From: Hypanus sabinus
Taxonomy: Eukaryota
NCBI RefSeq assembly: GCF_030144855.1
Contig: NW_026779567.1
Location: forward strand, 1-64,000
Length of the DNA: 64,000 bases
Direction of reading: 5' to 3'
The position numbers and the translations under genes are program-made. Positions 49,604 to 62,289 of the stretch are shown one piece after another. How positions within the stretch are numbered: the first letter of the stretch is position 1; the number at the start of each line of letters is the position of its first letter. A model generated the notes under the pieces. It was not told where the DNA came from. It saw nothing but the letters and a program-made list of their open reading frames with translations, and ran no database searches.

Positions 49604-50090
49604 GCCATTAACATGAAAAAGAAAATTTGCCAGTGTATCAAGCAGATAATTGGCAAATTTTCTGTTCTCATTGATGAATCAACAAGCATTAAGACCGCCC
49701 TAATAGTTTATTTGAATTGTGAAAGTGATAAGGCAGGTGATCCCCATTTTATGTTTTTAGATCTAATTGAATTGCCTGATCAGAAAGCTGCAAGTATTGC
49801 TAAGCATCGATTGATCTGTCTCAATAACCATGGGTTGATGACTGATACCTGTCGCTTTTGCTAGTGATGAGGTGAGCGTAATGCTTGGTGTCAAATCTGG
49901 TGTTGCTACAACTCTCAAGGAACATTACCCTGATGTGACGATTTGGCACTGTCTTAGTCACAGATTAGAACCTGCAGGAGATTATTCAGTGAGAGAAGTT
50001 CACAGAAAATAAAAATCATTTTTAAACATCTACAGACAAATTGTACTCTGTTTACAGTAGATTACCTCTGAACTGTCTGAATGTGCCTCT
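49604..50090 (+). mobile_element. hAT transposase fragment (ZNF862/KIAA1586-like type)
   Basis: FSVLIDEST...FLDLIEL...; then in another frame FASDEVSVMLGVKSGVATTLK...IWHCLSHRLE (CxxH). Confidence 0.8.
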
Positions 50091-50239
50091 CAGAATCAGA
50101 ATCAGGTTTATTATCACCAGCATGTGTCATGAAATGTGTTAACTTTGCAGCAGCAGTTCAATGCAAAGCATAATACAGAAGAGAACGCAAAATAAAACAA
50201 TAAAAATAAACAGCTAAATCAGTTACAGTATACGTATAT

Positions 50240-51200
50240 CTGGGACACTTGCTCATCGTTATTTTTATAAATTACCTAGATGAGGAAGTGAGGAATGGTT
50301 AGTAAATCTGCTGACGACACAAAGGTTGGGGGTGTTGTGGACAGTGTTGAGGGCTGTCAGAGTTTACAGCAGGGCTGAGAACTGGCAAATGGAGTTCAAC
50401 CCAGTTAAATGAAAAGTGATTCATTTTGTTAAGTCAAACATGATAGCAGAATATAGCATCAATGGTAAGACTTGGCAGTGCAGAGGATCAGAGGGATCTT
50501 GGGGTCTGAGTCCATAGGACACTCAAAGCTGCTACGCAGGTTGACACTGTGGTTAAGGCGATATACAGTGTGTCAACCTTCATCAATTGTGGGATAGAAT
50601 TCAGGAGCTGAGAGGTAAAGTGGCAACTATATAGGACCTTTGTCACACCCCACTGTGCTCAGTTCTGGTCGCCTCACTACAGGAATGATGTGGAAGCCTT
50701 AGAAAGGGTGCAGAGATTTACAAGGATGTTGCCTGGATTGGGGAGCATGCCTGATGGAAAAATGTTGAGTAAACTCGACCTTTTCTCCTTGGAGCAACAG
50801 AGGATGAGAGGTGACCTGTCAGAAGTGCATAAGATAATGAGTGGTAATGATCGTGTGGAAATTCAAGGGCTTTTTCCCAGGGCTGAAATTGTTGCCACAA
50901 GAGGGCACGGGTTTGAGGTGTTGGGGAGTAGGTACAGAGGGATGTCAGGGACAAGTCTTTTACTCAGAGAGTGGTGAGTGTGTGGAATGGGCTGCCGGCA
51001 ACGGTGGTGGAGGCGGATATGATAGGGTCTTTTAAGAGACTTTTGGATAGGTACCTGGAGACATCAGAGAAAAAAGGAGAAAAACTGGCTTAGAAAACTA
51101 GAGGGCTATTGGTAACCTTAGAAATTTCCAAGGTCAGGACATGTCGGCACAACTTTGTGGGCCAAAGTGCCTGTATTGTGCTGTAGGTTTTCTATGTTTC
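50240..51200 (+). mobile_element. CR1 LINE 3' portion
   Basis: SADDTKVGG, LERVQRFTRMLPGL, RMRGDLSEVHKIM, then 3' tail TTCTATGTT. Confidence 0.88.
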
Positions 51201-51429
51201 GGTGAATAGATTAAAATCATGCAAGAAACAGAAAAACTATATATTTTAAAAGTGAGGTAGTGTTTAGGGGTTCAATGCCCATTTAGCTATTGGATGGCAG
51301 AGGAGAAGAAACTGTTCCTGTATCACTGAGTGTGTGCCTTCAAGCTTCTGTACCTCTCTATCTGATAGTAACATTGACAAAAGGGCAAACCCTGGGTGCT
51401 GGAGGGCCTTAATAATGGACGCTGCCTTT

Positions 51430-52020
51430 CTCATCCTCTGGTAATCTTATAAACGTCTATCCAGTCTCACCCCTGCCGGCACGGCTCCAGAGAAAACTAA
51501 ACAATTTTGTCCAACCTCTCGTTATATCTCATGCCCTCTAATCCAGGCAATATCCTGGTAAACCTCTTCCACATCCTCTCCAAAGCCCCGACATCCTTCC
51601 GAAAATGAGGGCACTCTAGGTGTGGTCTAACTAGTTTTATAAAGCTGCAAAACAACTTCCCGACTTTTGAACTCAATGCTTCAACTAATAAAGACAACCA
51701 CGCCATTTGCCTTCTTAACCACCGGATCAATCTGTGCAGTCTCTTTCAGGGAGCGATGAACTTGGAGTCTGAGATCCCTCTGATCATCAACACTGTTCAG
51801 GGTTTTGCATTTAACAGGGTAGTGTCTTATACATTCGACCTACCGAGCTGCCGAGATGATCATCACTGATCAAATCTCAGTGAGATTTCTCAGATCCTGC
51901 TGAATTTGATGTCAAGTGCACGTACGGAGAAACACTGACTTGTAGTAGCATCACAAGCAAGAACATTCAGATAACACAGGGAACATAAATCATGTAATTC
52001 TCTGTCAGTAACAATATAGA
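51430..52020 (-). repeat. Inverted paralog of 1090-1485 + 2481-2670 (CR1 fragment plus unique flank)
   Basis: Reverse complement shares the CR1 junction and the flank (TTACTGACAGAGAAT, GTGTTATCTGAATGT, CTCGGTAGGTCGAATGTAT, AAATGCAAAACCCTGAACAGTGTTGA). Confidence 0.85.
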
Positions 52021-52379
52021 AACATGTTTTACGTCCTCCTGCTAATTGGACCAGAACAACAGGAGCTGAGCGGCGGCTCATCTCAGACGGTTCGGTGTGA
52101 AGGTCTCACAACCCGGACCGACCCCGGCAGATTCTGTGAAGGAAGCGAGGCGAGGCCGCCAGTTCGGGAAGGTTCATCCCCTCCCCCTTCAGGTTTCACC
52201 GATCGCCTTGTGCTTCTCTCCGCCTCCCAGTACCTTTTATTCTCCAGTCCTGCCGAAGGGTTTCGGCCGGTAACGTTGACTGTACTCTTTTCCTAGCTGT
52301 TACCCGGCTGGCTGAGTTCCTCCAGCATTTTGTGCCCGTTGCTCGCATTTCCCGCATCAGCAGATTTACTCACTACCCA

Positions 52380-52700
52380 CCGTCAGACCCCTCCGCTCGG
52401 GACCGGCTTCAGTACTCACCGAAGGGAAATTGCTGGTGTTGCCCCGCAGAGAATAATCCGTCCCGGCTCGCCGCCCCAGGAGGGAAGACCCCTCCCGATC
52501 CCGATCCCGATCCCGATCCCTCCGCCGACTCGCTTCCACAAAGGACGAAAAAACACAGAGCCAATCCCGGACTGAGCATGCGCGATGTGTATAACGCGTC
52601 ATCGGGTGGTGGGCGGGGCCTCGGAAACAAACCAGCTGGTGCTGCCGATCCGCGGTAAAACGGGATCACGTGACTTTATGTCTCCCACGTGACCCTATCT
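52380..52700 (-). promoter_or_regulatory. CpG-island promoter and first-exon-like module
   Basis: NRF1-like TGAGCATGCGCG at 52573, GC box GGGCGGGG at 52611, two CACGTGAC E-boxes (52667, 52686), minus-strand donor G|gtgagta at 52420, and (CCCGAT)4. Confidence 0.6.
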
Positions 52701-54129
52701 CTGCTTCTCAGTCCTCACACGCTGCCCGACCCACTGCCACATTTCTCACATTATTTCTCTATATTATTTTCATATTTACACCAGATACGTATTTAGTTTT
52801 TCTCTCCATATTTCCCCGATCCCTTTCCCTCCACCCCCAGGTCACAGAGGTCTCAGAGTTAGAGTTTCGATTCCCATCCGGGTCAAACACACAATTCAGA
52901 CCCACACAGGAAATGTGCAGGTTTCACTTAAATCAGTCTATGTTTATAAACACTAATTACTGTTCACATTCCTCTGGTCTCACTGGACAGGAACACTGAA
53001 ACATCAAGTGAGAAACAGGTGGGCCATTCCGCCCCTCTAACCCTCAACAAGCTGGCGGCTGGTCTCCCGTCTCAGTCACATGTTTCTGCGCGATCCTCAT
53101 TTCCTCGATCTCTTAGGTCTCCACACATCTGCCGGCCTCTGTTTTATGTGAGGACGATCACTGAGTCTTAAGCGCCCTCTGCGGTGGGGATTTACAGACA
53201 TTTACCACCCTCAGAGTGGAGACATTTCCCCTCATCTCAGTCCCGGTCAGTCCACCACAATTTTAAGAGACTGGGATCCCTGGTTCAACCGGTAATGATG
53301 TTGTGCTTTTCAACGTGTTCACCTCTCAGTCTTCGATTTTCTAAAACAAATCATTCTTCATATGATTATCCACCACTCCAGGGGTCAGTCTGGTGAATCT
53401 TCATTGCACTCTCTATAACAAATACTGTCTGAACACTTTGCTAATCCTCTATGGAATTAATTTCCATCTTCTGCAGCCCCGTGTTGCCTCAACCACTCCA
53501 TTTTGTTCTTTGGTCTGTATAACCCGTGCTAGTATGGGCAGAGGGATTTTACACCCTATTCCAGGCACAATCTCAACAAATCTCAAATAGTTGTCACTTT
53601 GCCCGGACCACTGGCCCCGCTTGCAGGGCAACAGTCTGCCAGAGTTTGCCCTCCATTGTGGTGAATCCCTTTGCTCGCCACCACCTTCTGCTGAGACATT
53701 TCCACAGATGAGCCCCTCCTGTCCCCACCGGGACAAACATCATGTCCGCCCCCTCTCACACCAGCTTCATCCTTTCAATTAAATACCCCTCTCGCTCCCT
53801 TCCCGGGGAACCGGCATCAAACTGACGGGCCGAGCGGTCTCCTCCTACCTCTCAGTGATACATCAGACTCCGGCCGCAGGAGACGCGTCACAAACGCCCC
53901 CAACTTCCCTCGGAAATGGAAATAAATCAGAAAGCGGCCATTTACTTTGGTATTTGTTCCGCCCTGACGGGAGATCGATGCTTGAGCAGGAAACGGTTTC
54001 AGCGGGGTAACGCCCTCTCGGCTTGTCCATCTTCGTTACTGGTTGTGACCAGTGATTGACATCGCTTCGCACCAATGGGAAAAGTGCAGCCCCTGAAGCT
54101 TTGGTTTTCCGCGGTGGGGGAGGGGTGGT

Positions 54130-54290
54130 CACGGGATGGGTAGCTCAGCCGTTAAACCGATAAAGCTCGAGCTCTCCAGCGCGTGGGTGACGTAAGACAC
54201 CACGCACGCGAGGGCAAGTCCCGGGGTGGGGAACCCACGTGTGACGTAAGGCGCGTGGATTCGCCTGTGTGACGTCACCTGTGGGGGAAG
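54130..54290. promoter_or_regulatory. CpG-rich cluster of three CRE/ATF sites
   Basis: TGACGTAA at 54188 and 54242, TGACGTCA at 54270, CACGTG at 54236. Confidence 0.45.
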
Positions 54291-54749
54291 TCTTGTAATT
54301 AAAAGCACCTTAATGGACGTTTCTGATGATTCCAGTGGGACAGCAACATTAATCACGGGTTTCATCACTGAATCCAGTGTTGTGAGATGTAAAGTCCCCT
54401 GTTATGTGTCCGGCTGTGCCGTGTTGTTGGTGGAGTGGGCAGCGTGGTGTTTGTCTCGATTCGGGTCACAACACCAGAATTGCCAGCGGGGTCCACACAC
54501 ACTGTATTAGTCAACAGAAAACCTCTCGTCCCTGCAGTCTTTGTCCCCCGGTAAACTCAACATCCGGACACTGTGGACCATAGATACCCCTTCCTCCCAG
54601 AGTCAGGGAATCACTCAGACAGCTGATCGCTGAGAGGAATTATATTTATTGGTCATTAAAGTTCCCCCAGATTCGTTTGGACGGATTTGATGTGGAGTTC
54701 AGGGTGTCACAGTGAAAGGGCCGGACGGCCGAACTCTCTCCGTGCTCCA

Positions 54750-55650
54750 AACATCCTTCCAGGTGAGGCGACATTTTACCTGTGAATCTTCCGGGGTCGC
54801 CCGTTGTGTACACTGCTCCCGATGCGGCCGCCTCTACACTGGTTACACCAACGCCTCTGCAGTTGTGCAGGGTAGGATTGTTTTTTGTGGGGGGGGGGGT
54901 GGATCGATGTTATTGTTCCCTTTTGTGCGGGAAGGTTGGGGTTTGGGGGTTGATGATCGGGATGGCGTTCTTGTTGATGTGGGGGGTGGGGTGGGAGTTT
55001 GATTTTTCTCTCTGAAAGACTCATGCTCTTTCTTTGTTTTGTGGTTCTCTGGAGAAAAATAAACGCAAGATAGATTGTTTTGATACAAGTTTGATAATAA
55101 ATTGAACTATCCGCTCCCAGCGGGACTTCCCGGTGTCCAAACATTTTCATTCCGATTCCCATTACCGTTCCCGTTCCGACGTGTTAACCCATCGCCTCCT
55201 CTTGTGCCAGTTTAAGGCCACCCTCAGCGTCCAGGATCTGCACCTTATATTCCGTATGGGTAGCCCTCCCCAAACCTGATGGCACGAATATCGATTTCTC
55301 CTTCCGGTGAACAAATCTCCCTCCCTCCCACTCCCTCTCTTCCTCTCTGACTTTTCACGTCCTCTCACGTGCTTAGCACGTCTGTCTGGGTCCACTGCTC
55401 CTATTCTCCACTCTCCTCTCCTAATGGATTCAATTTTCTTCTGCACTTGAGCTTTCCCATCTACCTGGCTTCACCTGTCACCATCCTGCCAGCCGTTTCC
55501 TCGATGTTATTGAGATATTTCCCTCATTCCATCTCAGTCCTGAAGGAGGGTTCAATTAGAAACGTCGACTATTGACTCTTTTCGATAGATGCTGCTGAGT
55601 TCCGCCTGCATTTTGTGTGATTTCCAGCATCTGCAGATTTTGCCGTGTTT
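54750..55650 (+). mobile_element. Penelope-like element 3' part (GIY-YIG), degraded
   Basis: SFQVRRHFTCESSGVARCVHCSRCGRLYTGYT; later FPVSKHFHS..HLIFRMG; terminus with a decayed hammerhead motif at ~55535-55572. Confidence 0.75.
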
Positions 55651-56059
55651 GTGAATTACCTCTCAGTTGGAGGGGTTGGGTGGAAGAGTGGATATGGCCG
55701 GTGCAGAGAGATCAACCGCACAGAGCCTCGACGTTGATTTTTTTCTCTTCGTTCCTGAATCGGAACTTCCCATCTTTGAGCTGGAAAGATGTCTATGAGA
55801 TTCCGATCTGCACCACAGTCGATGGGTGAAAAGGAAACTGACAGCATTACACAACGAGGAAGCTGACTGCAGAGAGAACCAATCCGTCAGGATTCCCCTC
55901 CCTGCTGACGGGTATTCTCTTTTTTCAGAACGCTTGGAACATGCGCCCGGAATTGTCCTGATCACCACAATAGAGTCAGGAAACCTTTCTCCTGCTCCAC
56001 TCTGATTCCTCTTGAGACAGGCACACGCGCTCTACTTGCATAAGGCCCTCCATGGACTA

Positions 56060-56436
56060 GATGCTGTGTGTCGAGCGAGGAGCCAGTCGGTTATCCAGTC
56101 GTTACGTGGAACAGACAGGTTAATCATTTCATCCAGACTATCCTTCTCGTTCCGGACTGCGAACTCACGTAGGAACCCTGCATTCAGTCCACACTGGAAG
56201 GCAGTGATGAGCGATCTCTGATGCAAACCCCTCTCTCCTGCAGTCGTGCGGGGTTTAACTGCCCCCGTAAAATGTCGAACAGGCTGAGTGAAGGTCCATC
56301 TGGAAGATAGACCATGTAAGCCAGTTTTTGCCCACCGTCACAAAGTCAACCAGGCTGGGCATGGAATGTCAGCTGGCATTTGGGAATAAACATCCTGCAA
56401 CAATCAGGATCAGCATCATATCCGCCTGGTTGTGAA
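56060..56436 (-). mobile_element. Ty3/Gypsy gag remnant
   Basis: PGGYDADPDCCRMFIPKCQLTFHAQP..KLAYMV; SLITAFQCGLN..EFAVRNEKDSLDEMINL. Confidence 0.6.
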
Positions 56437-56462
56437 ATATATATATATATATATATATATAT
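56437..56462 (+). repeat. (AT)n microsatellite
   Basis: About 13 AT units. Confidence 0.95.
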
Positions 56463-56635
56463 TGGCCCGAGTGCGGAGCAAGAGACACTGAAGCAGGTCG
56501 ATAGTTCACACACTTTATTGCGAACAGAGTTAGAGAAAAGAATAAACGCTACGCCAAACAGGGCCATTAACTAAAATTATCAAAAGGAAAATGAAGCCTA
56601 CAGTGTGGTTGAAAGGAATAACTTAATGTAAAATG

Positions 56636-56840
56636 AACAACAACACACACAAAATGCTGGTGGAACACAGCAGGCCAGGCAGCATCTATAAGGAGAAGCA
56701 CTGTCGGCGGTTCGGGCCGAGAACCTTCGTCAGGACAGGACCCTTCATCCTTATAGACGCTGCCTGGCCTGCTGTGTTCCACCTGCATTTTTTGTGTGTT
56801 GTTGTTTGTATTTCCTGCATCTGCAGATTTCCTTGTGTTT
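56636..56840. mobile_element. Penelope-derived palindromic (MITE-like) element
   Basis: ~55-bp inverted arms AACAACACACACAAAATGCTGGTGGAACACAGCAGGCCAGGCAGCATCTATAAGG flank a hammerhead-like core. Confidence 0.75.
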
Positions 56841-57179
56841 ACTAATATAAAATGAATATTGGGAGTCAGTTTCCTCAAACACTCCAATTTCTCAGGCAAG
56901 GCCGAAAGCAAGCAGGCAGCGATCACACTGAAATAATAATTAGTCAGGGGCTCTGTCACGACCACGGATTCAGCAGCGCAGCAGATACGGCAGTTGCGCT
57001 CGTGAGGATGCACGTGTCAGCTAATCATTATTTCATTGTGATAGCATTTAACTCAATTCTTTCTATCATAGTGCTCGACGCAGCCCCTGAGGCGGAACAG
57101 AACTGCATCCTGTGGAAGACCCGGATGAGCGGCGTGTCCAAGGTATCCTTAGCCACAATACACTGTATTAAATTGCAGG

Positions 57180-57860
57180 GAGATGGGAACCAGAATGCCA
57201 GATGTTGGGAAGACTGCAGACAGAGCAAAGAATCAAAAGTTGAGCATGGTGCGACTACTGACCCGAGCTGCATGTATTTCAGTACAGGAAGTAATGGAGG
57301 AAAGTTGTGTAACGAGCTGGAGATGAGGGAGCTGGTTGGGCAGACAGAGGCAACGTGTAGTGAGGAGAGGCTGTCGATAGGGCAAAATTGCAGTCAAAAA
57401 GATGCAACAGAAATGGTGGACAATATCGAAAAGCGTGCATACAGAAATGAAGATGTTACATTTGAATGGGGCAGTATACAGACTAAGGCAGATAAACTTG
57501 CAGTACAGTTGCCAATCGGAATGATGTTATTGGCGTCTCTGAGTAATCTAAAAGGGTGGATACAGGGCTGAACTGAATAGTGGCTGAAAAAAATAGCCTG
57601 GTGCTTAAAGTCCAAGGATACACGTTATATCAAAACAAAGCAGGAAGGCAGAGTGAGCGGGGTTGCTCTGTTGGTGAAAAATAAATCAAATTATCCGAAA
57701 GAGGAGGTATAGAGTTGGAAGACGCTGATTCTTTGCGAATAGAGGGGAGGAACTGCAAGGGTACAACGACAGTGATGGGAGTTGTATACAGACTCAAAAA
57801 CAGTGGTAAGAATTTGGCTTCCAAACTTCAAAGGGGGATAAAAAATGCTTGCCCAAGGAG
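57180..57860 (+). mobile_element. CR1 LINE ORF1/ORF2 junction fragment
   Basis: Endonuclease-like GGGVALLVKN and VMGVVYR motifs, degraded. Confidence 0.6.
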
Positions 57861-60800
57861 TGTCCCTTCTGGCACCTGGCTATCTTCCTCAGGAATTGGG
57901 CCTTAATCACCTCATTTTCTTCCCAATCATTCCCAGGTTCCGCTAACTGCAAACACGTGTTTTCTATCAGCACCTGCAGTGTCAAATACCTGTGACCACA
58001 AGGAGCTGCCAGTTTATTGGTCGACTCGTGTACGAGTAACCTCATTCCATGGTTCTTAGGACGATCAGTTCTAAGTCTAGCATCGTTTCTGAATACTCTA
58101 CGAAAGCCACGACTCCGGTTAAATACTCTCCTGGCACCAATTCCGCGCTTGCTACGACCGTAACGCCTCCCGACATGGCCTCCGCGCCCGAGTTCAGCAT
58201 TTGGGTTCGTTCCAGCACCACGTCCTTGCAACAGAACGAACTGGCTACGATGAACCCAGCGGACACGGATCCCGTACAACAGGCCCTGGCCAGCCAGGGC
58301 TAACTATTGTGCAACTACGACCAACTACTTCGGGAGATCACGGAAAACCTTGGGACGCTGACCACGAATGTACTGAAGGTCAGTGAACAAGCGAACCGGG
58401 TCTCCGCTTCTTTTTCTCCGTCCCCTCCAAGAATCCCGGTTACCCAAACTGCACCGCTCGGGATGGCTTCGCCCCCGGAATCAGCAAGACCATCCCCTCG
58501 AGAGCCGTATGTACCCGAGCCTGAACCATACACAGGGGACCTGGTTAGGGGCCGGGCCTTCCTGCTACAATGCTCCCTGGTTTTCGAGCCGCAGCCACGT
58601 ACCTACACTTCAGATAAATCAAAGATTGCGTACATCATGGGGCTGCTATGAGGGGATGGCTTGGCTTGGGCAACCGACCAGAGGCTTGTTCCTCCTCCTA
58701 TGTCGCTGAAATGAGCAAAGTCTTCGAACAGTCCATTCGCAGTAAGAACGCCGCCAAACGGCTGCTTACTGTTCATCAGGCTTCGCGAAGTGTGGCCAGG
58801 TATTCCACTGAGTTCCGGACCTTGGCCGCAGACTCTGGGTGGAATGACAAGGCCCTACGCGAGGTGTCCCGACAGGGCCTCTCGGACAAGATATCTCGGA
58901 CGAAACTCTCGGATGAATTTGCCGCGAGGGACGACACGGACTGTCCAGACTCTCTGATCTCACTAGTCATTCAATTAGATCATCGACTTTGAGAACATCT
59001 GAGAGAGAAGACCCGTTACTCCGCTCCTTGGTCCATCCCACGGTCCACCTTACCTTCTTCAACCAGCTCTAACCACTCTCCCACTTCCGTTCCTCGCAGA
59101 GCTCTCGATCCTACTGTTCCGGTGAGTCTGACGACACTCCCTTCAGCCCCCTTAGACTCGGATGCAGATCCCAGCTACTGTGAATTCCCAACGACAGTCT
59201 CTGTCCCGATCTGCGTTGGTGGATTCCGGTGCCGAGGACAACCTGCTGGATGAGGACATGGCCTCCCAGGCTGGAGTACCTAGCGAGCTGCTAACTACAC
59301 CCCTGAAGGTCGGGGCCTTGGATGGAAGACTGCTGGCTCGGGTGACCCACCGTACTCTTCCCCTGACCTTGATCCTATCCGGTAACCATCGAGAGGAGGT
59401 GCTATTCAGTCTCATTCGTTCACCTCAAGCTCCGGTAGTTCTAGGGTATCCATGGCTGACACAGATCTCACATCGACTAATCTACCGGGAGGATAGCCAA
59501 ATGGAGCCAGACTGAGACGTACTGAGAGACTTTATTAATCAGTTTGTATTCTTTTACATCAATGATACCCTGATATTTTCTGGCACCCCCCAAGACCACG
59601 TTCACCATGTCCGTCAAGTCCTCCGGAGACTGTGGGAAAAGCAATTATTTGAGAAGGCGAAGAAATGTGAGTTCCACCTTCCTTTGGTCAGCTTCCTGGG
59701 TTGTTTCATTGACAGGGGGCAGGTGAGAGCAGACCCCGAGAAGATCTGGGCAGTGGACGAATGGTCGAGGTCCACGACCCGCAAACGCCGTCAACAATTC
59801 CTGGGCTTTGCAAATTTCTACCGCCGATTTATCAGAGACTGCAGTCGAGTGGCGCCACCCCCTTACGCGGCTCAGCTCGCCTACTACCCCCTTCCGTTGG
59901 GACTCTGAAACTGACTCGGCATTAACCAACCTGAAGAGGCGTTTCATCCTGGTCCGTCCGGACACAGCCCGACAATTCATTGTCGACGTGGATGCTTCTG
60001 ACTCCGGGATACGCGCAGTCCTGTCCCAACGATCACGTTCGGGTGAAAAGCTTCTCCCCTGCGCCTTCTATTCTCGCCAACTGTCCCCCACTGAGTGGAA
60101 TTACGATGTGGGGAATCGGGAGCTCCTGGCAGTCAAACTAGTACAAGAAGAATGGAGGCACTGGCTGAAGGGGGCAGAAGAAAAGTTTGTGGTATGGACT
60201 GATCATAAGAACTAGGGGGTATATTCAGACCGCCAAACGTTTGAACACCCGCCAAGCCTGTTGGGCATTATTTTTCCGACGGTTCAAGTTTTCCCTCACA
60301 TACCACCCAGGGTCCAGGAACGGTAAGCCGGACGCGCTCTCCCGCCAATACAACTCCAAAGAGGACACTTCCAGCCCAGGGACTATCCTCCCACCATCCT
60401 GCATGGTTGCCACCCTCACTTGGGAGATCAAGTCGAAAGTAAAAGAAGCCCAATGGGATGACCCCGACCCCGGTAATGGACCCGGCGATCACCTGTATGG
60501 CCTCTGCTTCTTCAATGGGGGCACACGTCTCAGTTCGCCTGCCACCCCAGGAGTGATCGGACCCCAGCGCTCCTGAAAAAACACTTTCGGTGGCCATCCA
60601 TGGAGGCGTATACCCCTTCCTATGTCTTGGCATGTTCTATCTCTGCCTGGCGAAAAGCCTCTGAACGGCCACCTACGGGTTTACTTCGTCCTCTACCTGT
60701 CCCTGGTCATCCCTGGTCACACATCGCCGTAGACTTGGTCACCGGTCTACCATCTTCACATGAGATCACCACCATACTCACCAGGGTAGATCGATTCTCC

Positions 60801-62104
60801 AAGGCACATGGTAGCCCTCAATAAACTCCCTTCCTCCTAAGAAACCGCAAATCTCAACCACCACGCCTTTCCGCCTCCACGGAATCCCCGCAGACATCGT
60901 CTCCGATTGAGGTCCTCAGTTCATCTCACGGTATGGAAAGCCTTGGGTACAACGGTCAGCTTGTCATCCAGCTTCCACTCCCAGACGAACAGGCAGATGG
61001 AACGGGTCAACCAGGACCTGGAGGAGACACTGTGTAATTACGATTGTGTAATTGCACAACCCGTGGACTGGAAGCGACCACCTCCCGTGGGTTGAGTACG
61101 TCCACAACTCTGTAGTAAGCTCAGGCATTTGAAGGTCTCCATTTGAGTGTTCCCTGTGGTACAATCCCCGCTGTCCCCCGCGCAGTTAGAGGATATTGCA
61201 GTACCATCGGTTCAGGACCATATCGATCGGTGCTTTAAAGTGTGGGAGGAGACACTCACGGCCCTACTCAGATCAGCAAGACGTAATAAGAAGACAACTG
61301 ACCGTAACTGGACTTCGGTGCCCGAGTACCAACGAGGGCAGATGGTGTGGCTTTCATCCAGGGACATCCTGCTGAAGAACGAGCATAGGAAACTTGCCCC
61401 TTACTTCCTGGGACCATTCAAGGGCGAAAGTATGTCCGCCTAAAATTACCAAGATCCATGCGCATCCACCCAACTTTTCATGTTTCCCAGTTAACGGAGT
61501 TTCCGTCAGCCCCTTGTGTCCACCGGCTGAGACTCCCCCACCTGCCCGTATCGTCGATGACCATCTGGCATACACTGTCCGATGACAACTGGATGTGCGC
61601 CGTAGGGGCAGGGGTCTCCAATACCTGGTAGACTGGGAAGGGTATGGTCCAGAAGAACGTTCCTCCGCTCCTTCATCCTAGACCCATCCCTTTTCCAAGA
61701 TTTCTATCGGGAACATCCAGGCAGGCCTGGAGGTTCGCCTGGCAGCTCCCGTTAAGGGAGGGGTACTGTCATGGTCCCTTCTGGCAATCGCCCACCTGGC
61801 TATTTTCCTCAAGAATTGGGCCTCAGTCACCTCGTTTAGTTCCCAATCATTCCCAGGTTCCACTAACTGCAAACAACTACTTTCCATCAGCAAATGCAGT
61901 TTAAAAACCCTGTGAGCACAACTAGGAGCTGCCAGTACGTTGGTCGACTCCGGTGTAAGTAACCTCACTTCATGGTTCTTAGGACTGCCAGTTCTAGGTG
62001 TAGCATCAGTCCTGGAATAACGACTACGTTAATAACGACTCCCGACTCTGCCTCCGCATCCGTGCTCTGCACTTGGGTTCATCCACCGCCACGCCCGTGT
62101 AACA
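57861..62104 (+). mobile_element. Ty3/Gypsy chromovirus (Sushi-like) LTR retrotransposon, disrupted
   Basis: 5' LTR ~57861-58233 and 3' LTR 61767-62104 (TGTCA..TAACA) after PPT AAGGGAGGGG. gag PEPYTGD..FLLQC..KIAYIMGLL; protease LVDSGA; RT remnant FYIND; RNase [18 protein letters not shown]; integrase; chromodomain [15 protein letters not shown]. Confidence 0.93.
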
Positions 62105-62289
62105 CTCTTGCCTCGCTTTCACTCTTTATATATCTGAACAACATTTGATACCTGATATTTTTGTCTAACTTACCTTAATTTTTCATCTTGTCTCTCCTGT
62201 GTGTTTTTTTTTAACTAGTTGTCTCCTGTTGGTCATGTAAAAGCCTTCCAATCCTCTAACTTCCCACTATTTTCTTGCTATAGTATATC

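Noticed and set aside
56852-57571. 239-aa plus-strand ORF
   Set aside because: Crosses LTR-like and CR1-derived pieces; a chance open frame.
58249-59000. Domesticated Sushi-derived gene (PEG10/RTL-like)
   Set aside because: Multiple stops and frameshifts, and LTRs are still present; it is a decayed retrotransposon.
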